Part shown: positions 1 to 14,100 of the stretch, one piece after another
Layout of the letters: every line of letters begins with the position of its first letter
How positions within the stretch are numbered: position 1 is the stretch's first letter
NCBI RefSeq assembly: GCF_026210795.1
Contig: NC_089430.1
Span: 5,208,001-5,272,000, forward strand
Length of the DNA: 64,000 bases
Direction: 5' to 3'
DNA from: Rhizophagus irregularis
Lineage: Eukaryota
Notes under the pieces: generated by a model
What the model was told of the DNA's origin: nothing
What the model saw: only the letters and a program-made list of their open reading frames with translations
Databases searched by the model: none
Made by a program: the position numbers and the translations under genes

Positions 1-1618
1 TTTAAGTTTAAACTAATTTTTGTTTGAACACTCAACTTCCACTTTCACTCTGTCTTCACATGCAACAGTTAAACTTTTGATTGATTTAATCTAACCCGCT
101 ATTTTGCAATTAAACTAGAAAGTTTCATATTTACGTTATCTATTATTGCACAAATTTTAAATTAAATGATAAAAACTTCATAAGAAATGAAATTAGCGTC
201 CACCAAATAATATCAGCTAGTATGATTGTGCGAAACGCAGTTTTTTCTAATTAATTTTGGCAAACTAAAGTTCTAAAATGAACTGAAAAAGAAGTTCAAA
301 AAATTGCGTATAGATCGAGTAGCTTCATTCCAGATCCCGTATTCATTATATCACTTTCATTATCAGATAGTTCAATCTTTTTTTATTTATTTTTCACGCA
401 AGCATCTTCAACGCTGGTGTGTGGAGTAGAGGTTTGCATTTGGGCATATTTTGAAACCCGGACCGGCCCAGACTCGGACAGATATTCTTATAAAATTGTG
501 TTTTCATGTTTTTATTGTTTGTTTTGAAAAAAGTTGTATATAATAATATACAGTGATTTCCAGCAAAATAAGATTTACATAGGACCCCCGAGAAATACTT
601 AAAAAGAGCGGTGCATAAAAAGGCAACAATACAGAGTTTGCGTAGAACGAACAAAAATAACGGGCAGATCCTTCCTTTCTTGGATAATTCCAGGCGGCAT
701 TATGTAATTCTGACACTGAAGGAACGCGTAGGGTCGGTAGGGATAAAGTAAACGATGATATGGCGTTCTTTTAGCCAAGTTAAATCAGTATAATTCTGGC
801 CTACTTATACATCTGGAGGAATACGGTATAACACCATACGTCTATTTACAGTAATCTGTAAAGTATAAAAAATAATAAAATAAATTTTTAATTTATAATA
901 TAAGGACATTACAGATTTACAACTTAAAACTTTATTTAACGTTATTCTCGGTCAAAAACCGCACTGCTGTTAATCACAATGTAAATAAATAAATTTGAAT
1001 CCCTCCATCTTATACTAAAAGTTATTAATTATAGTAAATATCTTGTAAACAAATATATATATATATATATACTGTATATATATATAAAGCTTGCTATTTT
1101 TAGATTAAGATAAATATTAAGTATGAGTAGAAAAGTAAAATTAATATAACAGAAGATAAACCTACCATCTAGAGAAAGTTTCATATGTATATTACAATAA
1201 ATTTGAATATTTTTTATTAAGCAATACCTGACGAACCATTGTTAATAATATTATCATTTTGCTCATCATAATCAACAGAATTTTCTGGTCCGGAAATATC
1301 ACCATCAATTTTAATTGAGAAGTATAAATTTGTAATGAATAGGTTCACACTTCACATGAAGAGCATTATTTAAGGATGAAATATGATTTTTTTTGCATTT
1401 GACGAATTAAATTTTACTGGAGATCGGAAAAGATATGATTTTTATTTTTAAAGTTTATTGACACGTTTTGCTTTTCTAAAAATAAAGAGGTTCGTAAAAA
1501 CAAGATTTTTTTACTTGTAAAAAATGCAATACACTTGTACGACCTAGAAAAAAATATTAAATATTTTATTAAAATAATGGATGGCATGATAAAAAAATTC
1601 AGTATAGTTAAAATTATA

Positions 1619-1787
1619 CATGCCACCCAAATTATTTTGGACTGCCGTAATTATAAGTAAAATCCCAAATTCAATTATGGCATCCCAAATTATTTTGGCA
1701 CTTTACATAGTAAATTATATATAAACCGAATGAATTATGACATCCCAAATTATAATTATGGCATCCCAAAATAATTTGGGCAGCATG
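1619..1787. mobile_element. MITE with imperfect TIRs and TA flanks
   Basis: catgccacccaaattattttgg ... ccaaaataatttgggcagcatg; internal aattatg(g/a)catcccaaa repeats. Confidence 0.7.
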
Positions 1788-3435
1788 TATAGTTAAAATA
1801 ATCTTTTTTGATTTCGATTATTATTGTGAAAAACTGAAAAGGTCTAAGGAATTAATGATTAATCTCACACGCTTATAAAAAAATGTAAAAAGGGACTTTG
1901 AAAAAAATAATGACTAATTTTAAATATTAAACAAGGATTAAGGAATTATTGCGTCGATAATTTTATTGTCTATGTTACTTAATAATGTAATATAATTACT
2001 GCGCAGTAGATCATGAGGGCTCCTGCGCCAATGGATGCGGATTGGCCATCGGAACGTGCATATGACTTTACAGCAATCAACCCGGGACTTGTATTTAATA
2101 AATCACGATGACGAAAAATAAAAATTGATTCTTTAATCCCCTGTCGCACTAAGTGTCACTCATGATCACCTTCATACTAATTTTTAAAAATTGCGCAAAA
2201 TAGTTGAATGACACGCTCCAGGAGATTACCCATTTATTTCATGGAAGGGGTTTTTTCCCTAAGGGAAAAAAATCATATTATTCCATACTCCCCATGAAAT
2301 AAATAGTACTAATCATACTTCTTTTTCAGCCATTTCCGATCGCTGCAGAAGCCATTCAAATCCCCAACGCTCACAATCCTAACAAATCATATTCAAAATC
2401 TTTGAACTCATTATCCTTACACTTATTATCTTCATTTTTTTTTTAGTCATGAATAATTTTGTTACACTTTATAATTGTAATATGTAATAATCTTAAAATA
2501 TTTCGCAAGAATTAATGTCTTTATTGTAAAATTAATTAATAAATCGCAAAATTGAATAATAATTTGAAAATTTTATATAATATGATTTTTAAATATTTTA
2601 TAATGTTTGCATATAAAGATATAATTTTTTTTAATCTATTTTTTATTCATAAGGATATTACAAACAGGATTTTGAATTTCGTGACTATATTTTTCAGGAC
2701 TGTGAGTGTCGGGTTTTGTGTTATAACAGGATTCTGATCGTTGAAATTTCGTAGTAAATCCGATCGCTGCAGTAAAAAAAAAAATTTTTTTTTGGTTTTT
2801 TTTTTCTCTCCAGTTTTTTCTTTGATGGTTATACTGAATTTATTTAATTTCTTATTAAACCAAAATTTTATTTTTTTTTGGATGTTTCTTTAACGGTTAA
2901 ACCGAGATAACGGTTAAACCAGAATTAATTTTTTTTTTCTTTCTTTTGAAAACCGTATTTTTTTTAACTTATATTTTTTTTATTTTTTTCTCTTTTTCCG
3001 GTTTTTGAAAACCAGATTTATTATTTTTTCATTCTCTCCAGTTTTTAAAAATCTTTTTTTTTTTGCGTTTTTTTAAACCAGATTCTTAATTAAAAAAAAA
3101 TTATTTTTCTTTCTTTGTTTTTTTTTTTGTTCTTTTTCCCTACAGGTTTGAATTAGTTGATCGGATTGACGTCACGCTACTGCGTTTATGGGGTAAAATT
3201 TATCACATGAAATTGTAAGGGAGATCTTGTATAAAATATTGACGATCTTGAATCAAAATCAAATTTAGAATGACGTTATGTAATTTAAATATCAAGTGAT
3301 CGATCATATATAAAATGATTTTCTCACAAATACAAAAAAAAAAAAACATAAATATCCTAAATTAAAGTAGCTATTTAGCAACAAAAAAAAAAAAATAAAA
3401 AAAAAAATAAATGAAAAAAGAAGAGAAACGTCAAG

Positions 3436-5146
3436 ATGATTTTTAAACCATTTGAAAATTTTGAAATTAATGATTTTATTTTACCACTCTTTACAATATA
3501 TGTCGCATATTATTATTATAGATATTTTACTCGTGTTAATCCCTTACCTGGCCCTTTCCCATTACCATTAATTGGTACTTTTCCTTATGTTATTTGGTTT
3601 AGATTGATTAAAAAAGATGCCACAATGTTTTTTAAATTTTGTTACGATAAATATGGTGATATATATGAGACTAATAATTTTGTTCGATGCATAGTTTTGT
3701 GTCGAACAGAATATATTGAAGATTTATCATCATCAAAAAGTAAACTTGAGATGAGATGTCCAGATTATGAAGGATTAAAAGAATTGGGAGTTGTAGGAAA
3801 AGGAATAACTTACAATAATAATTTTAACTCGTGGACATTTAATCGTCATTTTTTTAATCAAGCTATTTTGTCACCGAAGTTCACTAACGAGGTTATTGAT
3901 TGGACAAACGAACTTTTCAATGAATTAGAAAGTTATTGGAATAGATTATTTCTTAAAGAAGAAATTATTAAAGAAAATAAAAATAAATTGGATTTTATTC
4001 AATGGTTTAGTCATTATAAAAATGATATGATTATTAAATTATTAACTGGTGAAAGATCTTATTCAATGGAAGGTTATTTTATTACTCTTAATAATAAAAT
4101 ATCTGATCATCAATCAACAAGAATCAAAGATTCTGCGAAATTATTTCAAGCAATTTATAAATTTCAAATGAGTTATTTCATCTTTTTCGTATTTCCTTCT
4201 TTTTTACGACATCATGTTCCATTTTTTAAAAATATAGCGAATGATATACTTCAAAAATTAGATTTTATCAATCAAAAATTGGATGCAATTATTAAGAGAC
4301 GTAGACAAGAAATTGAAGATACACCATTGAATGAATCCTTACCTCATGATATATTAACATCGATGATTATCAAAAATACACTTCGTGATGGTAATTATAT
4401 CGAAACTGGTGCTAATAGATTTATGTCTGACAGTGAAATTCGCGTCAATTTACTCGATGGAATTATTGGTGGCACTTATAAAGTAAATTTTTAAATAATT
4501 TTTAAATAATTTTAAATTATTGAAATTTAATATAAATGCACTTAAAATTATATTAACAATTCTTTTATTTCTAATATAGTCTGCAAATATGCTTTCATTC
4601 ATTATCTATTATATTGCACATCATCCAATTGTGAAAATGAAAATGTTAGAAGAAATTGATAATATATTTCAAGGTGATACAATTCGACCAATTACTAAAG
4701 ATGATTTTTATAATTTAAAATACTGTGAAGCAATTGTAAAAGAAGTAGCTCGAATTTTCCCAATCATGTACTCGAATATAAGATATATTGATGAACCTAA
4801 AGAAATAGCAGGATATCAATGGCCAGCTGGTATAACATTTCTAGCTAACATTAAAGCTATTCATAATAAAGATGATTATTGGGAAGAACCTAATAAATTT
4901 AATCCTGATAGATGGATGGATGAAAATTTTGAACCAAAGAAGGATTCTTTTATAATGTTTGGTACAGGTTTAAGATTATGTCCAGGAAGAAAGTTAGCAA
5001 TGATTGAATTAGTTTGTTTGATGGCTTTATTGTTTAGAAAATATGATATTAATTTAGTAGATATGAATTCTCCTGTTAAAACTAAATGTGATGGTCTTTT
5101 AGTTTGTTGTGTCGAATTATTAGTTGAAATTAAACCAAGAAATTGA
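3436..5146 (+). CDS. Cytochrome P450, 2 exons (3436-4482, 4580-5146)
   Basis: N-terminal hydrophobic anchor and PLPGPFPLPLIG hinge; KEVAR (ExxR), PDRW, FGTGLRLCPG heme-Cys motif. A GT..AG intron at 4483-4579 joins GGTYK to SANML in frame. Confidence 0.93.
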
Positions 5147-6326
5147 TTTTCTTATAATTAAAAAAAGTATGGATTATAGAATAGCGATAGCATTATGTAA
5201 GTAGTTAGTAAATTATTTTCGTCAATATAATCATTTTTTAACTACGTGAAAATTATTGATATGAAAAATCAATATAATTGTTTTTTTAACTACACAAAAG
5301 TCACATGTGACAGATAGTGCGTGACAAATGGGATTTTGCAGATGCCCATGAAAAATGGATTTTCGCGCAACGCGAACGGTTGCAATATCGACGTAAATAC
5401 ATACATCGTATCAATAAAGTATCTATCTAAATACAAACAAAATATAAAAACCAAACTATCTAAACCTAAACACACTATGCTACATAAAACTCAGCGACAC
5501 CACGCTTTTTGTGTCTTTTTTGTTTTAGTGCAAAAGTCTGAATCCTTATTTACCATACCAGATACTGTAAATAACTTGATTAACGCATTTCATTCCTCAG
5601 TATTTTTTCCATCAATTTTACCAATACTCTTTCTTACTAATCTCTATGGCCTATGCGGCTGTTATATCGTTGACACACTCTCCCTGAGCGGACCGTTCGA
5701 ATAACAAATTTTGGCGTCGAAACTAAACTCCCATGCTTTATCATCCCGTGACTACATAAATCTAATCTATTTAATCTATTTTCTGACAAATCAAAAACTT
5801 TTACCTAACACAATATTCTGGAATTTTAACCCTAAACTTTTATTTACTCTTTCTAAACTAACTCAAACTTATCTTATACTAACTAATCCGGTTTTCCAGG
5901 CTCACTGCTAAATTTGATCGTCAACACGTGATTTACTGCGGTTGTTGGCGACCTAAATAAAATTAGCTGTTACACATAATTCTTGGCAATCAGCGATTTG
6001 TTACTCCAGTGCATAAATAATTATGCGCTACATAGCACGACTTTTGCATTAGACTGGTGTTAAAAAAGAATGAACGCAGTAAAGTCACTAGCTCTGTCAT
6101 ACTTTCCATTTAAAAAAAATCACAAATTCGGGTTGGCAGACATAAGTATAAATTGAATATTTAGGTGTAAAACTGATAGAATTAAATATTTCGCTTTATT
6201 TAGATTTCTGAAAAATGTGATAATTATGTTTAATGGTAATTTTCTCTGTTCTCAGTATTCTAAAAAAAATAAACTGAAACATTATGTGAATGGCAGAGTA
6301 GCAAAATATGTGTAACCAATCCTCTA

Positions 6327-7711
6327 TCATTCTATAACGCGAAACGCGTGATACTGTACACCTGCGCCATGTAAATTTTCGTGGCTAATCTAATGCCGGT
6401 CGTTCAGGACAATGCGATCGGCTGCCATTTAAGATTTCATAATGAACAGGACACTTGGCAAATTTTTATGTCGAAAGTACGAAATTAGCTGTAATTAATA
6501 ATTTTTCTTTAATTACTTTTTTTTGGTCTTCCTTTAAGACCGACCGATTTTTTTAATTTAATAATTTTTTATCGGTCTTTTTATAGACATCATTTTTCGA
6601 ATTTTTTTTCCCGCGTTTTTTCTTTTTTAGTCCTGTTGTAGACCAAATTTGACCATGTCCAATCCAGGCAATCCTTACCATCGGCTTAAATTGTCGGCCC
6701 AATCTAATAATGCCCTAAGACTGTACCAACGATGATCTCCTAATTTAGGTCGATGGTGAGGTTTGGAACATGGTTTGATTTGGTCTACAACAGACCGTTC
6801 GATTTTTTTTATTAACCCCATCTAGATTAAACTTCTATATAAATAATTTGAATTGTGTAACACAGAAAAACGGGATATGTCTGCACCTGATATATTCATC
6901 AAATCCAGTTAATGAAATTTGATCAAAAATCGAAAAAAGTAAAAAGTTTTCTTAATAATCATTTGTTTTCTTGGCCATTTTTAAGCCTATTCTCTTAGAA
7001 TGATGCAATTGGCAGAATATTTTTTAATTTTCCTTTTCAGTATTTTTTTCCAAAATTTTTTTTTTCGAAAAGAAACCATTTTTTGGTTTTTGTTCTTTTT
7101 CCAAACTGAAAAATTTTTTTCAAATTTTTTTTTCGATTTTTTTCAAACTTTCCTTTTTCGGTTTGCTTTTTTTCAGCTTGATTTTTATTTTAAACCTGAA
7201 AAAAATTTTTTTCAACTTCCTATTTCGGTTTGGTCTTTATTCTAAAACCGAAATTTTTTTTTCAAACTTTCCTTTTTTCGGTTTGGTCTTTTTTTAAACC
7301 GAAATTTTTTTTTCAAGTTTTTTATTTTTTTAAAACTGATTTTTCTATATAATTTTTTTTTTATTTTTATATATTTTTTTTAGTTTTTTTAGACTTGAAA
7401 CTAGATCATTGGTCGGATTGTGCTGCGGTGTTATGGTAAGCACCTTTTTTCTGATTCTTATTTTTTAATGATAATTTTTTTCCTAATTTTTTTGTTAATT
7501 TTTATTTTTCATTTAGGTTAGATCAAGGCCATCGCTGTAATATAATCATTTTTTTATTTGAATACATATGGTTCGCATGATTTTTTTAGTTAGAAAATAT
7601 ATATCCAGCCAAATAAAAAAATAAAATTGATAATTTATAATATCTGAATTTCTCAAAAATGATTTATTATTATATCATTAATTCTATTGCAACGCAACAG
7701 GTTACAGCTAG
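6327..7711 (+). mobile_element. Putative non-autonomous Helitron
   Basis: 3' end is an imperfect hairpin ctattgc-aac-gcaacag followed by gttacagCTAG|T. The segment interrupts sequence homologous to the kinase upstream regions. The A|TC 5' end is tentative. Confidence 0.5.
6633..6793. mobile_element. MITE nested in the putative Helitron
   Basis: TIR ctgttgtagaccaaat ... atttggtctacaacag with further imperfect extension. Confidence 0.7.
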
Positions 7712-9450
7712 TATGGAAATTAAATGTTTAAAAAAAAGTTTTTTTATTATTTTATAATGACACTGTTTTTTTTAAATGGTAATTATTGTATCTTTGTTTC
7801 AGGATTGATGGATACTATATAATATATTTTTTATTAAGATAAAAGTCATTGTTTAATAGCTACATTATTACTGTTCACTTAAATGTTTTTCATTTTCATT
7901 TTTTTTATTTGAAAAAACAATTCTTTTTGTAAAAACAGAAGAAAAAATTTGGTTCGTATTGTTCGCGCTTATATTTTCCATTTATGTTCAAGACACTGTT
8001 TCTGGATACATGAGCCCGCAGTAGAAATATTTAATGAAATAGACGAGGTTAAAATGTTATATTTAACGAAATAGGCTTAGACTTTTTTTCTTTTACTTTT
8101 ATCATAGGTAATAGTCATATAAATAATTAATATTTTATTTTATTCTCAAAATTTTAATTTATTAATTTTCCAAAAAATCTCTTTTTTAATGTATCGGTAT
8201 TTTGTACTCTTTTATATTTATTTTTTTATTAAAAATTATAAAACTTTAATACAAGAAATTATTTTTTTTCGCCTTACGCAAAAAAATAGTAATAATTCTA
8301 ATAATTATATATAATCTATATATAATTAAAAATAATTTGGATTAATCAGCCGCAGCAGACCACATATCTAAGTTACCTTTTATACCTTTTTTTTACCAGG
8401 TCTTATACTGAATTTAATTAGTTTTTGTTTTCAGTTTTTTTTTTTAATACCAAAAGATTTTTTTAATATTTTTTTTTATTTTTCAGTTTAACCTTAAAAA
8501 TTAATTTTTTTTTTTAATTAGTATTTTTATTTTCAGTTTTTTTCGCTCAAATCTTTTTTGTCAGTATTTTTTATTAATTATTTCGTCTTTTTGATCACTT
8601 GACCGAAATTTTTTTGGAGAAAAAAAATATATAACTAAAAGTTAAAATGAAGTCTCTTCACACAATTACCCAGTTTACCATCAAGAAACATCTTTTTATA
8701 ATAAAAATCCTACAAGAAGAGACGGAAAATAAAATTTAATTTTACGAAAATATAGACAAAACGCAAACAGTGATCGACCCGGAGAATGAAAATTCCATCT
8801 TAAGGTTCAAAATTCTAAAGAAAATAGCTCACGAAAAAGAGAAATGAAAGTGGAAAAAAGAATTTGAAGATCGATGAAGAGATTCTAAAAAGAAAGAAAA
8901 TGAGTATGTGCGAAATAATTTAATTTTATATTTTTTATTTAATTTAATAAATATTAAAATATGATGAAAAATTTTTGCATGATTCATATCGATATAGATA
9001 ATTGAAATAGTGATACTATTTTTATGTTATATTCTTTAATTGTATACTCAATAAACGTATTTATATTGCAAATATTTTTAATAATGAAAGGAAAAAATAA
9101 TATTTCTATAAATAAATCATTGATATAATAATAATTGAATAAATTAAAAATAATAACATAAAGTCCAATAATAGAAGGTACATTTATATTCATCACCAAG
9201 AATTCACTTTTATAATGGAGGTCGATGATTCAGTTAGATCGGTTAGGACCTCGAAATATATATATATAAAGGTCAGAAGTAACCAAAAAAGTTTTTTACC
9301 GCATTTAGGGCCGGAATTATGATAATTTCGGTTAGTATCCAAAAAAGATAGATTTCAATAGTTATTATCTATAAAAGGAAAGATTTTCATAATTAGTTGT
9401 TCAGTTTTTCGCGTATATTTCGAGGTAATGAATAGACAAGCGTCCGTCAT

Positions 9451-10143
9451 TAGGGTGAGACGTCGCCTAATTAATCAAAGCTATGTCAGCAACATTGATT
9501 ATTTTACTATAATCAGATTTTTCATGTTACACGGATCAATTTTTTTTAAATTTTTAAATTTGTCCGTTAAGCAAATTTTAAACGATCACTTTTAACGTAA
9601 AATTAAATTATTTTTGACCAAATAAATTATCAAATAATATGTTTGCTTTTCTTCACGATCATTATCTTCAATATTTTCCTGAATAGCATCATATTAACAA
9701 TTGACACATTTAAAATGTTTCACCGCATGATGAAAACATGGGTTTACCTTCAAATTTTTATGACAAGTCTATAAATGGTTTAAAAACAAAGTTACGTTCA
9801 AATATTTCTCTTTATCATATAAAACTTTAAAGATTTGGTGCTTTATTAGTTCAAATTTTCTTTTAAGCAAATATATCAAATCATTTTTAAAACCTTTGTA
9901 AAAAAAAAAAACGTAATTACTTTGAGATGGCTCTTAAGAACAGTTTTCAACCAAAAGAAAGTTGAAAAATGTACACAATATTCGCAAGAAACTTTTAGAG
10001 TCTTGAGTTTTATTTCATAATAAATTATTGTAAAAAAGTTTATTTAATAAATTTTATAGTTTTGCATAGTATAAAATCTGATTATAGTAATATAATCAAT
10101 GTTGCTGACATAGTTTTGATTAATTAGGCGACGTCTCACCCTA
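9451..10143. mobile_element. Non-autonomous DNA transposon with about 70-bp TIRs and 9-bp TSD (Mutator-like)
   Basis: tagggtgagacgtcgcctaattaatcaaa... and its inverse with 2 mismatches; flanks gtccgtcat / gtacgtcat. Confidence 0.85.
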
Positions 10144-10406
10144 GTACGTCATGTACAACAATAGTTTTACATTAAATCTTTTCATTGTTTCAAGATCTAT
10201 TATTATAAAATCATATTCCACTCACGTTAGGTATACAACCTTATTACAAAATTATTTTACCAATGCTCAAATCTAATCAACAATATTTTAGCAAGATGGT
10301 TTTTGATGGATTTAAGTAATCAGTATTGCATTATTCAATTTCAGATTTTCAGAATAATAAATCGCGCTATTACATATAGTAATAATGTAAATCTGTAGAT
10401 TGAAAC

Positions 10407-10529
10407 CCCAATAAAAAAGGTTTGTGCTAAATTTGTGCCAAACGGACTATAAAATTCGAACAAATTCTAAACAAATATCGTATGATTAACCCATTTGGCA
10501 CAAATTTAGCACAAACTTTTCTCATAGGG
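10407..10529. mobile_element. Small MITE / inverted repeat
   Basis: gtttgtgctaaatttgtgccaaa ... tttggcacaaatttagcacaaac, with CCC..GGG ends. Confidence 0.65.
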
Positions 10530-11147
10530 AATGATAAAACTCTTGTTTTTAGTTTTTCAAATATGGTAAACAAATTTTTTAGAAGCTGGTTTATTTTCAA
10601 ATTTTAGTCAAGTAATGTCATTATTTCACATTATTATATATTATTTAAGAGTAGCAAGTTTCTAAAGGACTTTTTCGAACCAGGCAATGTATTGTGTTAG
10701 TTCCATTATCACATAAAACATGTAAGTTAATAAGCGCAAAATGTTAATAAATATTATAATTGCAAAATATCAGCAAGAAAAATATCAGCAAGTTAATTTT
10801 TAAATTTACAATAATAAATACTTTTTGCATTAAATTTATTCTTTTATCGCACTCTATATTTTAAAAATTTAAATAGTTATTTATTTAATCAATTAATACA
10901 AACATATATAATTAAATATGAAGTCATTATGACTTAAAATCCTACCTAACATAATTTTTATAGTATATGTAAAAAAAAAATTGCAGTTCAAATAATTCAA
11001 ATAATTATAGGAAAAAAAAATTAATTGACTATCTATCTCCTGAAAGCCGATGTTATGCAAAATTTTGGTAAATTTTTTTTGAAAAAAAAAAAATAATAAT
11101 TTTATAATTCAGCAAAAAACTAAATAAAGATATATATAATTATAATT

Positions 11148-14100
11148 TTATTCTATTCTAATTTTTTTTCTTTCACTCTCAGATTCGTTAATTTGACTTA
11201 AAAAATAATTTTTTCTTTTACTCCCTGATTCGCTATTTTGACCTAAGAAAAAAAAAGATTATATAAATTACGAATAAAAAAAACATAAAGTTATTATGCA
11301 AATATTGATACTTACTATCTTCATTAACATTCAATTGAGAAATAGTAGAAATTTGTGAAGATTCTATTTAATAAATTAAGGCTTATTATTAGTATTTCGT
11401 TATAAATTAATAGTTTTAAAGTTATAAGTGGAATATGTACCATTCTCATTAATATTCAACTGAGAAATATTGATTTGACAAGATTCTATTTAATAAATTG
11501 AAATTTTGTTATTAGTATTTTATAAACTAGGTACTAAGACATTACATAAGTATGCTATATACCATAAGTATTAATATTCAATTGGGAAAAGTTAAGTTGT
11601 AAAGATTCTATTTAATAAATTGAAGATTGTTATTAGTGTAATATTGGCTAATTATATTTAAAAGTAACAATACTGTTTATTAATGTTTAATGAATTACTG
11701 TTCGGTTGATTTACATACCTGAAAATTCTCTGCTTATTATATTATCATTTTGTTCATAATAATCATCAGAATTTTTTGGTTCAGGAAGATTATTATAATT
11801 AAGTAATCTACTTGTATAAATAGCTTCTGAATGTGTATTATATGATAAAAATGAATTAGCTGATGTTATACTGCTATTTGATGAATTATTGTTTATTTCT
11901 TCTGCTTCCTTAATTTGTACCTGCAATTCTATTGTTTGTTTATTATTAGATTCATATTGCCATCTAAATAAAATGCTAATTATTTCTTTTGCTATTGGTC
12001 GATTTAATGGATTGGCATCTAAGCATCTTTTAATTAAATGTACAATTAATTGCGGTACTTTAATGTTAAACCTTGGTCTAAGTCCTTTGCAAATTTGTAT
12101 TGCTAAATTATTATCATGGCTTAAATCATAATATGGGGGCAATCCAGAAATTACTTCATACATTATTATACCAAAACTATAAATATCGGCGGCTTTGGTA
12201 TAATTTTGTCCTCTTAAAATTTCAGGAGCTATATAAGGCAATACACCATATATCTTATTTTTCATATCTTCTAATTCATTATAATTTGCAGGTTTACATA
12301 ATCCCATATCAGTTATAGCAGATTTATATTTAAACTTTAATATATTTCCAATATGTAAATCTCGATGAATTAATTCCTTTTCATGAATACATTTAAGTCC
12401 AACAATAATATATTGTAAATATTCAAACATTTTATTCCAATTAAGATTATTATGTTCTTTATCTAAATAATTTCGTAGATTGCCATCTTCTGCATATTCT
12501 AAGACCATCATATAATTTTTCGTTTTTGGATCTTGGGTTATTCCATAAAATCTAACAATTATATTATTATCTGTTTCTACTTTATTATGCAGTATAATCT
12601 ATAATGCAATAAAATATTTTAGTAAAACTAACAATCTAGGGAATGATGATAAAAAATAATAAATTAAGTATCAAATTATTATACCTCATTCATAAATTCT
12701 AATGTAACATTTTTTGAATTGTCCAAACTTTTCAGAGCTATAAACTTATTTTCATTATACCTTTCCCAATTTTGATTTTCACTATCCCATTTAGTAATAT
12801 ATCCATCAATCCAATTTGCTCTATACACTTTGCCAAATCCACCTTTTGCAATATATATGATATCATAAAGTCTATCATAAGGTATCCATTCCAATGCTTC
12901 CTTTACATCTTTATGAGTTGATAGTTGGGTATATTGAATAAATTTATCAATATCATCATTTCCACTAGTCCAATCTATGAATTTCTGTTGAAAGAAAATT
13001 GCATTACATATTTTATTGCACTTTTTACATTTATTATTCAAAGCCATCATATAATTTTTTGTTTCTGGATCCTGAGTTATTCCATAAAGTTTATTAATCT
13101 ATAAATAAATATTTTATTAATAAAAAATTAAAAATTTTGTAATTATATTATCAAATAAAAAATTTATTATACCTCTTTCATAAGTTCTGATGCAATATTT
13201 TTTGAATAATCTAAGTTTTTCAGAATTACATATATATTTTTGTCCTTTCTTATCCAATTTTGATTTTCATTATCCCAACTTACATCTCTTTCATAATAAC
13301 TTATATTTCCATCAATCCAATTTGCACTATATGCTTCATCTTTTGCAATATATTTAATATTATACAATCTATCATAAGGTATCCATTCCAATGCTTCTCT
13401 TACATCTTTATGAGCTGATAACTGAGTATCTTGAATAAATTTATCAATATCATTATTACCACTAGTCCAATCTATGAATTTGTGTTGGAAGTGTATTGTA
13501 TTACATATACTATTACACTTTTTACATTTATTATTGAAAACCATAATATATCTTTTTGTTTCTGGATCTTGAGTTATTCCATAAAATTCACATTCTATTT
13601 TAATCTATAAATGTAATAATACTTATTAGTAGAAATTAAAATATTCAAAATTTTGCTAGATAAGTTTACCATACCTTATTTATAAATTCTAATGTAAAAT
13701 TATTTAAAGTATTTAAGCTATTCAAATTCACAAATATATTGTGGCCTTCTCTATTCCAAATTTGATTTTTATTATCCCAATAACTTATATTTCCATCTAT
13801 CCAATTTGCTCTAAACACTTTGCCAAATTCATCTTCTGCAGTATATTTAATATTATACAAACTATCATAGGGTATCCATTCCAATGCTTCTCTTATATCT
13901 TCATGAGCTAATAACTGAGTATCTTGAATAAATTTATCAATATCATTATTACCACTAGTCCAATCTATGAATTTATGTTGAAAATGAATTGCATTGCATA
14001 TTTTATTGCATTTTTTACATTCATTTTTCAAAACTATCATATAGTTATCTGTTTCTGGATCTTGAGTTATTCCAAAAGGTATATCAATCTATAAATACAA

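Noticed and set aside
2755..8610. T-rich tracts with aaacc(g/a) motifs (about 2760-3170, 7020-7430, 8340-8600) and the Phe-rich ORF 7000-7245
   Set aside because: Low-complexity sequence; possibly old repeats, but termini could not be defined.
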